This document shows, one piece after another, positions 26,193 through 38,733 of a stretch of 64,000 bases of DNA. The notes under the pieces were generated by a model, which saw nothing but the letters and a program-made list of their open reading frames with translations, made no database searches and was not told the origin of the DNA. This stretch comes from Takakia lepidozioides (taxonomy: Eukaryota > Plantae > Bryophyta), in the NCBI GenBank assembly GCA_030704615.1, contig CM060731.1:67022001-67086000 (forward strand), in the 5' to 3' direction. How positions within the stretch are numbered: position 1 is the first letter of the stretch; every line of letters starts with the position of its first letter. The translations under genes and the position numbers were made by a program.

Positions 26193-29190
26193 AGAGCCGC
26201 TGGTGCATAATTGAAGGTGGAAAGTTTGAGATGGTATTGGGTGCGAAAAAGGAAGACAACGCATGTGTAGCAAATCCAAACAAAGGATACAAGGCAAAAT
26301 CCCGCGACTGGCTTTGCCGAGGTAGAAGGGACCTGGTTTGAAATCCTCTGAGCACATCACCATCCGACAGAAAATTGGAACAGCGCAGCCGCCCACCCAC
26401 TCAATAGTGCAAATTGAGGTTATAGCAGTGAATACAACTTCGATCGTGAGTATGGGAAAACCTATAAGAATGGCGAAGGACACACAAAACCAGACTGCAT
26501 TGGCTGGGACTTTAAAACGTGGGTGGACTTTGCGCCAGAGCCTTGAGAACGGGACTCCTCCATCACGTGACAGTGCATATATCTGCCATAACTTGAGCAA
26601 AGTCATAGGTTTCAGCACCATTTACTCCTCTATGTCTGGAACGAACTACTGGTTTTCATAGTCAGAAGACACTTACAACGCGAGCTGCACTGGTGGTGAT
26701 GGAAAGGCCACCAAAGAAGAAAGATCCCCAGATGATACAGAGTAACACAATTGCGCCTGAAGCATTGTGATATCGCCCATGAAGTGCATCGTACAAAATT
26801 TGAGCGGGCACAAAGCTACCCACTGTCTCATTGCTTGGGTCAAATAGATACGTTGGGTCCTGCAGATACCATGAATAACTAAATCAATCAGTCTGTGAGT
26901 TTGAAGTGGTCATTTGCCCACCTCCCTCCCTTTCTAATCAGACTCTCTCAGTGAGATTCCCTACTCCAGTGTGACTGGCGCAGCCACCTGGTACACCTGT
27001 GTTACACTTGAGGAGTAAATTGCAGTGTTGTACTCAACAATCCCTTTAGGAAATAAATCGCAGCCCTCATCTTCTGTGACCATATTGCTGTTGCCATGGG
27101 GAAGGCGAAATGCCAAATTCATGTTGAGATTCCTCAACTGGTGGTAGGAAATGCCTCACCAGGTTCCAGAATGAGTAGTACTCATGGTGAACATTCACAG
27201 GAACAGTTCAATTTTCCTGTCCATTTGAATAAATTTTTCACAAAATGCCTATTTTACTTTGCCTGAAATGAAACATGTTTTAGCCCCCAAGTCATTTCCC
27301 CAGGCTCAAAAAAATCCACTGTGAGCAATCCCTGGTGGGCCAAAATGTCGTGATCACCTCCAAACTAAAACTTCCCATCAAGATTAAAGAGCAGAAGGAA
27401 ACGGAAATGGACTGGTTACCTTGACACTAAATGTGAGAGCCAATATGAATGCCCACCCGAAGACCAATACTGGAGAGAATTGCAATTGGGCCATTACTAT
27501 CAGCCCCTCTTGTCTCCTCCGTCAAATGTGCTGCAGCATCATACCCATATAGTGAATACTGACTGACCAACCAAGACATAACTATGGCATAACACCCACT
27601 TTTGATGCCTGTCATGCTTGGGGATGTTTCAAAGTGTGTGAACACATAGGATGCAGGTTGAGTGCTGGTCGCAACCAACGGCAGCAGTATCACAATGATT
27701 GCACCTCCTACCACCTGGCAGCAGCATTCCAATGTAAGTATTCTATCGACCAACATTCTTTCCATGTCAATTTCACCTTTCACAATTTGGGAATCTCATG
27801 AGCAACGTCAATTTGGTGTACAACAAGTCCTATAGTTCAACCAAGTCAATCTCCCTAAGTTTGTTCTCCCTAATTACTGTGTATGCACCTATGCACCCTA
27901 CAGGCACAAGTGGTCTCTGTGATACTCCAGTTACAACTGAATTGATTTCCTGTTTCATGCGTCCTGACAGCAGAAGTATGCTCATCAAAAGTATATCAGC
28001 AATGAGGGATGATCCACGATCAAAGTTGGAAGAGGGAAGAGGCTCCTGACCTGCCAATAGATAGATACCATGTCGATTAAGGCTATGACATTTAATGCAA
28101 ATGTATTGAGCACTGCCCATATGATGCACAGGCCAATACATATTGCTAAAAACACGGCCGGGGGTGCAGAGTAGCCTCCATGCTTGTTGGTACCTGTGCA
28201 CAGTAATATTATATTTAGCAAGATTTGTGTTCCTGCATACACCCAAGAATTCTCAACGATCAGTTCACAGGCCATGCCTGGAGGATATAAATAGAGAGGC
28301 TGGCCCTTATATGCTATGGGTTCAAGGTACATGGGTCTTTGGAGTTCAGGGTTCTAAGTAGTACTGATGGATTGCAATGGAGGATTTTTTGACAGATTGA
28401 CATGTGTATAAGTTCAAACAACTACAGGGTGCTATGGCGATGCAGTAGAAAACTGCCTGGAGGCCCTCAAAAAATCGCCATTTTCAAGCAATGAGTGCAA
28501 CACAAAGAGGGAAAATGACGTCAGCTGTGAGACCCATAGGATGGACTTCTCCTGATAGAACCAATATGGAAGTATAGAGTTATCAAAGCTCAGTCATGAC
28601 GTCTCATGCAAGAGTGACCTTTACCCTGGGCAGCGTCTTAAGAGGATTACAAATTCCACCAGCTAGTAGGGGTCTTGACTCTAATGACAAGCTCCCGAAC
28701 AATAGACAGGTACCCCTAGAACACTTCATGGTCATTAGAACGTCCTACCTGAGTCCCAATACCAGCAATTAGGCCAATGGCTTCCAGCCATGCACATATC
28801 CACGATGCTAGTGGGCCCCATCTAGGCCCCGCCAAGTGCGCTGCCCAAAAGTAGAGTGACCCTGTTGTCTGTCGTTTCCCAATCAACCCAGAAACAAACA
28901 TGAACTGTGGCTTACTGCTGTTGGTACAGGCACCTTCACACCAGAGAAGACAATGGTCCATTTATATGAAATAGACCGTCAGAAGCAAGAGACTTCAACA
29001 TATTTTGCTTTGATCAAAATCTGGGAGAAACAGAGACTTGGCAGCCTCCTGTATACATTAGAGCCATGGCCGTGGATTTTTAGTGTGAGAAATGAAGAAC
29101 TTACTGGAAAAGAGGACCAAATTTCAGCCATTGCAAACCCACGAACCAGGTAAAAAATGTCACCACCACCCAGCCCCAAACCACCGCAAC
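26080..29190 (-). pseudogene. BAT1/GABA-permease-like amino acid transporter (APC family) pseudogene
   Basis: VVWGWVVVTFFTWFVGFAMAEIWSSFP, TTGSLYFWAAHLAGPRWGPLASW, SQYSLYGYDAAAHLTEETRGAD, YALSRDGGVPFSRLWRKVHP, FKPGPFYLG; frameshifts near 27465 and 26305, in-frame TGA at ~26144, and no recognisable N-terminus. Confidence 0.88.
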
Positions 29191-29348
29191 AGGCGGGCCG
29201 TGGGCCGCGGGAATGCGGGGCTGCCGACCGCGCTGCGCGGCCGCCCGGTGGTGGGGGGGCGGGCGCGGGAGGTGGGCTGGGAGACCCCGCGGCCGTGCGT
29301 CCTGGCCCACACGTGAGACAAAAACTCCCAATTATTCAAAAATGAGAG

Positions 29349-31425
29349 GCATTTAGGTGCCAAACTGTACGTCCTTCTTCCATACCTTAATTGGACCAGC
29401 AGATGGCTGTCTCGCTGGATCCTCTGTTTGTGCCATATTTGGAGAGGCTTTGATCTCTTCCGCCTGCTGGTCACTGACTTAGCCCCATGTCTTCGCGTTT
29501 GGCGATTTTGCATACAGAAGAAAGTTGTTCAGATACTCTGGAAGCACCGGGTAATGGACTAAAAAGTAGGGCAGAGATTGTGAAGGTGCAAACCGAATTT
29601 TCGATCGATAGATGCGTGAGGCTTAGACAATTGAGGAGGAATTTGAGAACGACCTGATTTGACGGTGTTTCAATGGAGGTTGAGATGACCATGAAACGAT
29701 CCGATTTATTTTGTGTGGAGTGAATTTCGTTTAGTCCGAATTTTCTTACCACATGCACTTTAGCTTGTGACGACTGAAATTCAATTCATCCTAAGCGGTC
29801 GCAAAGCCTTTTGGTGATACCTGGAATGATTTCCCAGTAACTGCTCTGTAACCCTTGAGACAGCTTCTATTTTCCGCTGTCCAGCTTCACAGACTTTACT
29901 GTTGGCAACATATGATGCCACCTATCCAACACGCCCTTCATTTGCATGGAGGCATATACCAACTAAGATGTTACTAGAAATGGAATGAATCTTCTTCGGG
30001 GGACGAACTGGAGACATGATTTTAATAGATCATGCCGTTCGGGCAAGAACTAGATTTGTAGGAAAGTCAGCTGTAGAGGCTCTGAATTAGTCCACAGTGT
30101 CTTTGCAGTAGCACAGGGACGGAACCTGAATAACTAGAGACATGTCGGACACGTCCTTAGTCTGTCAGGTGCAGAACCCCTGCACGAAGGACCCAGTCCT
30201 CTTGAGCATCGAAACTACGTCAATGCCATGGCTCGATAAAGACAAGAGAAGGGCAGCACTGGTTTGGTTTAAAGACCTGTATGTGCAAATCTCTCTTCTC
30301 TTTTGTTTGTGGACGGAGGAACTGTCCCACTAAACATGCCAAAAGATGCTGATAGAGCACACCATCTCTATCAAAGGGGCTGTATTCTCGTAGATTTTGT
30401 GGCCCAAATGAGAAACTCTCTTTTGACCCTGTTGTACTATTTGTATCTGTTCACCTTTGGAGGTGCTTCACTAGCCAGGTTGGCTTTAAAGATGGGATCT
30501 GTAACTTTTGAAGATTGTAAATTTATGAAGAAGCTAAGGTTAAAGTGTAACGTGCGTTGAATTCACAGGGCCTACTGCTCTGGACCCAAGCCTTGATGGA
30601 AGGTTGAAGGATTGAATTGAACCCAGAATGCCCTCAGCCATGTGGTCAATGAGAACTACTTCCCTCACATACTGAGAAACCCCTTCTTATATATATCCGT
30701 CTTTCGAGCACATGCTCAATTGCACTCATAGTTGAGCTGGTTGCTTGTTCTTACCCTTCTTTGACTTCCTCACTTTTTGAATCTGACTTCATTTTTTGGT
30801 GTCCACCTGAAGCAAATACAACTCACTGTGTGCTGCTCACCCTATTCCCTTTCTTGTGCATGAATAGTGGCAAGAATAATAACTCGATTAGAAGCTCACA
30901 CCCCAGTGTGGCAAAAGATGGCAGTTAAACCAATTTTGTAAGAGCAGGATCCATGAACACAGATTGTCCTATTGCAGACAGGGTTTTCATTCAATTGTGG
31001 TTGACTGCATACCAATTGCTGTGAAAATGTTGAAGCCACATTTAACTATGTGACACCACCAGGGAGCACTAATGCCTGGTAAGTTGCATTTTGTTTGGAG
31101 TTTGATTTGTATCTCTCTCTTTTCAATTGAGAGGTTTTAATAGGGCATCAAAAACAATGTCTGAATATCAGACGTGGGTGAGGCAATGTCGACGTCTTAG
31201 AAAGGGGGCAAGGAAGGCAAGCTACTCCCACAATCTCTATAATCCCATCTTGACTATATAGGACCTAATGGAAGGATCTGCAATCAAAGTCACTCTTCAC
31301 ACAAAATGTGTTACTGGGGTATAGAACCTTTTCCAGGAAGATCAAAAATCTCCCGGACAGGACCTTTAAACCACCGTCGAGCATCAAATATCCACCAACC
31401 CATTATGATTGTCAAAACAAACCCA
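29349..31425. repeat. Segmental duplication copy B, ending in the last codons of the permease
   Basis: Collinear with 22811-26192 but lacks ~23340-23710 and 24785-25769, and has an extra ~85 bp near 29790-29875. Confidence 0.95.
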
Positions 31426-31949
31426 GATCGAGGTTCTATGGAGCACAGGTTTGAGGCCATTGCCTTCCATGCATCCTCTGCTCATCATCTGCAGAATCTC
31501 TATCATCTTCGCACTTTTCGACAGGTGTGGCAAACTTTCTCGTGTTCTGAGCTACTACTGGTTTCGATATGCAGTGAAGTTTTTCCTCTCTTTGGTGGAT
31601 GTTTTAAGCTTCTCTCTCTTTCTTTCTCCCTCTTGCTTCTGAGTCACCTCTTTATCAGTTGGCCCCAGGTCATTGCAACAGGCATGTCAAGGCATGGCGT
31701 CACAATCCTAACCACCAACTATGTCTACACTCTTTCCTGGCCCCCTCATTTTCACTTTACTGGCCGTATTCAGTGATGAATGTCAACCACCTTCATTTGT
31801 GTGCACCTCTATTCTGATGCTTATGCCTCTGTTTCAATTTTTCTTTTTCTTTTTGAATCATCAGGGGAAATAAGTGCTAACCATGCTGGAACGTGGTGTG
31901 TAATGAGCCTATGAGAGAAAGATGTACTCATAAGACTCTGTTTTCTGTA

Positions 31950-34900
31950 GCCTATGAGGGAGAGAAACTGAGAGAGGGAGAGAGATTGAGATGGGGGTTT
32001 GAGAGATGAATGTGGGGTGTAGCCATGGCTCAATGAATGAAGATAAGAGGAGGGCAGCACTGGCAGAGAGAAGCATCTACGTGGGGCTGCTGCTCGCACC
32101 ACAGCAGCCCCCCCACCTGCGGCCACGGCAGACCGCGGGTCGGTCCAACCCGGCTCACCTCCGCTGGGTCTGCCCGCTGGTATCTGCAGGTCGTCCGGCA
32201 GACCACGCAGAACCCGCACAGCAGAGCAGACCCGCGCAGACTTGGCGCGCATCTGCCCGTCCAAACGCGGTTGTATCCAGACCGTCCGAATTTAGGGCAT
32301 GGCATCGCAGTCGCCGATCTCCTAGCACCCCTTTGCTTCTTCTTTTTTATGTTTCCTCCTCTTTCGTCTTCCCTCGTCCCTCGTCCCTGTCTTTTTGTTG
32401 TTTATTGTTTGGTGTATGTTGTTGGTTGTTTGACTATTTGGACCCAACGATTGTGAAGAATCCCGTAGCATGACTCAGTGTGAAGGAGCCGTGGACATCC
32501 CGTGCCAACGTCGGAGTCCATCGTTTCAAGCCACAGCGTCCTTTGTTCATATGCTTCTACTATTTTTGCATTGTTGTTCGCCTATTGATGGGACTATTGA
32601 GGGCGCGGAAGACGTCGTTGTTTACATTGAGTTTACAGTGCAGACTTGAATGGAAGTATGTAGCTCTGATCTAACAACCGGAAGTAGGACTCATTTTAGT
32701 GGACAACAATTGTGAATCGGTCTTTCCGGCGTCGCATTGTCTTCTTTGAGGCTTGTCCTTCATATGCCATGTGTAGAATAGCATTGCAAAAATGGTGGAA
32801 GCATATGTGCATGCAGATTGGCTATATAAAATTCAGATTGGCTCCCGAGTTGTGTGTCTTGAATGTTGTTTGCAGGTGGACCCAGCCTCGGGACCTTGCC
32901 AGTGGGAATGTGTGGCGGACTTTGTTGCGCACCGAACTAGTGGACCTTCCATATGTTAGCATGACAGTGCCGGGATCGACAAACCTCATGAGATGACCAT
33001 TCAAATGGTCAACGGATGGGGACATAAATGTAGACAGAGGGCAGACGGGATGGGCAGACCAGGAGAAGACAAGACCAGACCATACCAGACCAGACCATAT
33101 AGCCGGCACAGCAGACCGGCCTGGAAAGGGTCTTGTAGTAAATTATGGGTCTGCTGCTTATGTGAGTCAATATAGTCAATCATTGGCAGGCCAATGTTGC
33201 AGGCCAGTGTCGCAGGCCATTGTGGCAGACCCGTGTGGCAAACCCGTGTGGCGGAGACTTAGGGCAGACCAGGACGGCAGACCCTGATGGCAGCCATTAT
33301 TGCGCCGCGCAGACATTAGATGTTTCCAGCACCCATTCAATGGGCCGTGTGTATGGCGTGCATGGCGCATTCCGCACGTGTGCGCCCGTCTCTTCATGCA
33401 GCAAGCCGTTACGTTGGGGCGTCACCTCTTCCTCCTCTTCCGTCTTGCGTATCTTTCCACTTTCCTTCTGCACACTGTGGGTTTAGGGTCGTGGTTGGTG
33501 CCTCTCCCATAGTAGTGCGACGATTCGTGTGTATAGGCTTGCCGATTGAGAAGCAAAGGTCCTGCCGTTTCGAGGTCGCGTTGCCGTCGTTGCCGAAGTG
33601 CGATCTGAATGTATCAACTTCACATTCTTTCTTCACCTTCAACCTTCATTACCATTCTCACTCCCGTTTCTGAAATTGCTTTGAGCAGACCATCCTTGAC
33701 ACTCTTCATGCTGATGTTGCAGCCATGGAAGAAGCTTGTCCAAAGGGTGGACCAGATTGGGTGCAATATGTGCATGCCCCCCGCAACAAGCCAAAGAGAA
33801 AATACTGGTATGAGCCAAATGACTACGACGCTAAAATAGTAGAAGCATTTATGGACTTGCGCGTAGACAAGAACAAAGAGAAATGGCCGCATGATCGTTT
33901 TCAATGCCCCTTTTGCCCTGATATCGTGAAGGACAAAGAGACTCTCAACCGGCATGTCCTTGATGGAGGATACAAAGGTGTCGTCCCTGACAACTTCAAG
34001 TCGTGGCCCAAGCCAAGTTCTTCAAAGACTGGTAAAGAAATCGTGAGAAAGTTGAGCGGTGCATCTGTTGTCGCTCGGTTTGTCGATGAAGTGCAACAGC
34101 GTTATCACACTCAAGCAGGTCTACTGGGCCTCGGCCGGCATTGTGCCAGTGAAGAAAAGAAAGCTCAGTGATGGCGCCAAAAAGAATGTAGAGCGCAAAA
34201 GTCACAGGTCTGCCAGTGCCTCTGGCAGACCACAGGACAAGAGAGTGACAAGCAAAGAATTGCAAGCAGGTCCGTCCCAGCAGACCAAAGCCAACAGACC
34301 AGAGCATGTTGTTGAAAATCTGTCATCCAGTGAGGATGACTCTAGTGACCAAGAGTCCCATGAAGAGGAAGACGTGCAGGAGATGTCGACGGAGCTGCCG
34401 CAGCTAATCGTGAGACCGTACTTGGTCTCAGACCCATTGGGTACGCCCCGCCGGTACATGACATAAACCTTGACTCAGATATCCCCATGGAAGAAACAGA
34501 CCTTCAATCAGACCCAAAAAATAGACCCTCAACCAGCAGACCCTCAATGACGTTCCTGTCCGCCCTGGCATATTGTGCATCCTTCCACACGGCCTTCTGC
34601 CTTCCAAGTGCCCAGAAGAATCAGATCCGGAGTTCTTCCCGTTTTTGTCTGATTATGTAAGATCGGGGCAGAAGACTACAACGGCCTGCTAGTACTTTAA
34701 AGACTCTTTGTAGGGTCTTCCCCGTGTTTTCTTGAGCTGTTTACTGTGCTTGATCTACTGTACTGGGTCTAGTGTTGTGGTCTGCCAGCTATAGTCTACT
34801 GTCTGCCAGAATAATTCTGGTCTATCAGATATGGTCTACTGGTCTGCCAGATATGGTTCTGGGTGTACTGTTCTATACAGGGGTCTGCATTACTTGTTCC

Positions 34901-36200
34901 CTTGGGTCTACTTCAATGTGTAGGTCTACTATCATTGGAAATTGCCACATTCATTCTTAAATACATTTTTTTATGGGCTAAAATATTTTGTTTAGTTTTA
35001 GGAGGCAAACGCTCAGGACAACTGCGTTTATAGGGCTTTGCAAATTGCTCATGCACACTCACAAACCACAACATGGCGTCTTGTGTAACACTTTCCCGAC
35101 AATCCTGACTTGCAGCAGGTCAATCTACAGATTTTGAAGGTCATTTTTCAATTTTGTATAAGACGTGAAATTGCCAAATTGCATCCACTGGCGGCGGAGG
35201 AAAGACACTGCAATCTCCTCAAAAGCAGTCTCTATCAAGCTGACAAAGTGCTTGGAACGAACACCAAATATTGGGTGGGCGATGGACATGTGCCTTATCT
35301 CCACTGGGCGAGGGTCGTTCATGAGAAAGAGTTACGCGAGAAGCGGTGGCTCGGTCTCCTCTCCCAGAAGCGCCACTTCGTAGTCCCGGGCTTTCTCCAA
35401 AAGACGGCTAGCTTCCTCCGCGGTAAACTCCATTGGCGAGTGGTGTGGAGCAAAGGTCCACCGCGACGCAACGATGCGGTGAAGCACATTGTACCAGTCC
35501 AGATGCCGATTGCTTTCGGAAGGGTAGGGTCCTCCTCATCTAACGCAGACCGCTGTGAAGGTCGCCAGGATGCCCCAAATGGGAAATCAGTGTCGGTCTG
35601 CCACAGTGTGGTTTGATGTCGGTCTACCGCAGAAGTACGAAGGTATGCTGAAGGACGGGCCACAGAAGACAGGTCCACTGAACTGGGTCTACTGGACGGA
35701 CCCACAATATGCGATGCAGGGTGGACCTTATGGACTGACGGAGGTGGAGGGAGGTCTGTTGTCGGGCCGTTGGCACCATCACCAATTGCTGCAATAGCAT
35801 CGGCGAACTGTGGATACAGACTGAGGATGTACTCCTGAATATCCCTAACCTCATTCCGGACAAGTGCATTTTCCAAGGGAGGACCGTGTCCCCCATTCTC
35901 CTGCCTTACCAATCGCACGCCTAAATGGGTCAGAATGCACAATATTGCCCCAAGGAAAATGTATATAACATATGGCTGTCTTTCAACACCTGCCGGCCTA
36001 GTTTCAACGTTTTAACAACCCAACATTGTTCTAACTGTTTCTTCCCCGGCAAGGTCCCCCTTTCTGCTGTCTTGCCAATCGCATACCTAAATGGGTGTGA
36101 GGGGCAAAGTTATCAGGACCTCCTCTATGAATAATCTCTTCTTAGAATGACTTGATTCCAAGAGGTGTTAAGTGCTTACAAGACAGCAGTCAAGGCAATT
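31950..36200. other. Unclassified degenerate element or gene relics with dispersed CAGACC/GGTCTG motifs and a zinc-finger-like ORF
   Basis: Clusters of cagac(c) at 32120-32240, 33040-33290 and 34490-34545, inverted ggtct cluster at 34700-34930; ORF 33725-34171 has CPFC-x11-RH; broken minus-strand coding-like frame at 35125-35940. Boundaries uncertain. Confidence 0.35.
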
Positions 36201-36498
36201 CCAACTCTCTGTTGTACATAACAGGTAGTTTCAATCACTCAGTTTGTTGGCCTTCCACTGGTCCAACTTATAAAGCAAAACAGATTCATTCTCTTCCATT
36301 CTCTCGCTCATCAGTCGGAAGATAAACAACCTCATTCAGGGTTGTTCGTGGGACCACATATGTCCTCTCTCGACCAATGATGGAGCTTCAATATCTGTAA
36401 GGCACATCCCCAAATTATTATCATTTTCAGAGTCTAGTCCCAATAAGAATGATTCTTTTCCTCAAAAAGGAGAAAGCAAACTCAAGACCTTGTTGGAA

Positions 36499-37610
36499 CT
36501 AGTTGCCACGGTTGTTAGCAACGTGAAAAACACCATAGCCAACATTAGAGCCGGATTGGGAGCCATCTGTATAGTGGGAGTGTGAGGGAGAAAATTTGAG
36601 CGGCAGACGTAGATGTGAGACCGGTGGGTCAGTAGGGGGCGGGAGAGGGGTAGGAGGAGGGCGCGGTAGCGCCCTTATCCAAGCCTTGCTTGGGTTGACT
36701 CTGGGAAACAAGGTGGGTTATAATAAGCAAGATGTAGAAGGAGGAGGATGTGTGTTGTGGATAATGGAGACTTTCATTCCTCATGTGCGGACTAGTAAGT
36801 GGTGTAAGGTAGAGGGGAGGGTAATGGGCGTGGAGGTGGGATGGGTGTGTTGGACAAGTAGTAGTGACGTAGTGGTGGGTTCTAAGTGTCGGAGGTATTT
36901 ACGGGAGAGGAGGTTGTGTTCGTATAGTAGTTGGTTTGGTTCAAAGGTGGCTAGAAGGGTGACGTAGAAGGGGGTGGGGGTTGTGTGGAGGCCTTTGCTG
37001 TGTACATAGGAGAATAGTACAGACAGAGAGGGAGGAGTTGGCAGCAGTACGAGCCCATTGGAGGGCTTCTTGTATTTGGGAGTCAAGAAGGTAGACAAAG
37101 CCGCGACCGGACCACCTGTGCTGGGTGGCAAGACCAACGGCACCAAAGATGCAGTCTCTATGGTATGGGCTAGCGTATGAGGTAAGTTCCATGGGGCACG
37201 TGAGTGGGCTAGAGTAGTAGGAGTGAGTAAGTTGGAAGGAGGAGATTAGAAGGCTAGACAGTTCTCTTGGGATAGTACTGTGAGTGTGTGCTTGAATTAG
37301 TTTGGATTGGACACGGGGTTTTTTGGAGGGGAAGTCCTTAAGGTAGCGGTTTAATAGCCAGCAGATTTCAGTAACGAAATCTTGTCTAGGTGACGATATC
37401 TGATATGCCTGTGGGTTAGGAGTAGAGTATTTATGCCAAAGTCATGCTAGCCGATCATTGGGGATTAGGCCAATGTATTGGTTGTTGTGGGCATATATTT
37501 TTGACCGTTGAGGGCCCTGACAGATTAAGGGGTCTTTATCAGGGTTACATTCGGTAGTGTTGATGTGAATGTGAGGAACGGCGAGCGGGTAGGGAATGTT
37601 GCGGGCATCT
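36499..37610 (-). mobile_element. Non-LTR retrotransposon relic (possibly Dualen/RandI-like): methyltransferase-like segment followed by the start of RNase H
   Basis: Minus-strand frame with stops and one frameshift reads ...SYYSSPLTCPMELTSYASPYHRDCIFGAVGLATQHRWSGRGF...QEALQWAR... then PLKFSPSHSHYTDGSQSGSNVGYGVF (RNase H YTDGS motif). Confidence 0.7.
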
Positions 37611-38055
37611 GAATGTGTTCTGAATGCATGTGCTGGGCAAAGAGCATTGGAAAAGGGCAAGCAGGTACATGCTGACATGCTGAAAGTGTGTTTGGTGCCA
37701 GACATTATTATGGAGAATACCCTTGTTGACATGTATGTCAAGTGCCGTAGCATAAGGGATGCGCATCAAGTGTTCACCATAATGCTAAACGAGATGTGGT
37801 CTCATGGAATGCAATCATTGCAGGATATGTGCAATGTGGCTAAGTGAAGAGGCTCTCAAAATATATGTGGAAATGCAACGGGAAGGGATAGTGCCCAAAT
37901 AACATTACGTACATTTGTGTTCTCAATGCTTGTGCCGGCCTAGGAGCCCTCGAAAAGGGCAAAGCTGAACTCATCAAAGCTGGAATTGTGCCATGTATCG
38001 TCTTGGGAACGAGTCTTGTTGGCATGTATGCCAAATGTGGGATTGTAAATGATGT
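37611..38055 (+). pseudogene. PLS-class pentatricopeptide repeat gene fragment
   Basis: VLNACAGQRALEKGKQVHADM, NTLVDMYVKCRSIRDAHQVF, DVVSWNAIIAGY, PNNITYICVLNACAGLGALEKGK, LVGMYAKCG; frameshifts and stops. Confidence 0.9.
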
Positions 38056-38489
38056 GCTTATATTCAAAGCTCAGATTTGTCTTGATTTTCCTTTCCCTTG
38101 CAGAGCCCATGCAGCATGAGGCACTGCAACAATTGTCATCTGGTAGTTCTAAGTTGTGAACCTTGAGATAAAAAGGATCTCATCAACAAGAGACACTCTC
38201 CCTCACCGGAATTGGTGAGTTGTAGTTTTTCATAAAAAATACTTTGTGAAGGCAATGAAGATCAGAGTGAGACGAGCCCAATGTAGGAATGTTTATCATA
38301 TTTTTATCCCCTGGCAAGGGTTCATTCATCAGCATGAAACCAACCCTAAACACCAATTCCTGTCAAAGCCACCAAAACCTTAAAAAAACAACAAAAAAAC
38401 AAAAACAAACCTAAATCAGGAAAGTTATCAAGGAAAGCCAATGAAATAGGCTGAAATAGGCTTTTTTTCTAAATACATGGCATTCAGTG
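38054..38489. repeat. Non-coding segment X, duplicated at 44249-44686
   Basis: gtgcttatatt(c/t)aaagctcagatttgtc...ctaaatacatggca is shared by both copies. Confidence 0.9.
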
Positions 38490-38663
38490 GGAAATTCTAG
38501 CGATGAAGGTCCCAAGTGTGGAGCAGATATAGGGTGCCATAGTGCCTCATCATCATCACCGCGTCATGTTTGCCATGTCATCATCACCACGTCATCTTCG
38601 CCACGTTTCATAGACACGTCATCGTAGCCATGTCATCGTCGTCATCAAATTTAGGTGCCAACA

Positions 38664-38733
38664 GTCAGTAGCTCAGTTGGATAGTGCCTGAGTGCCACCC
38701 AGATGATTCTGGGGTCAAAACCTGCTACTTGAC
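38664..38733 (+). mobile_element. Possible decayed tRNA-derived (SINE-head-like) sequence
   Basis: A-box TAGCTCAGTTGG, degenerate B-box GGGTCAAAACC, complementary ends gtcagtagc/gctacttgac. Confidence 0.35.
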
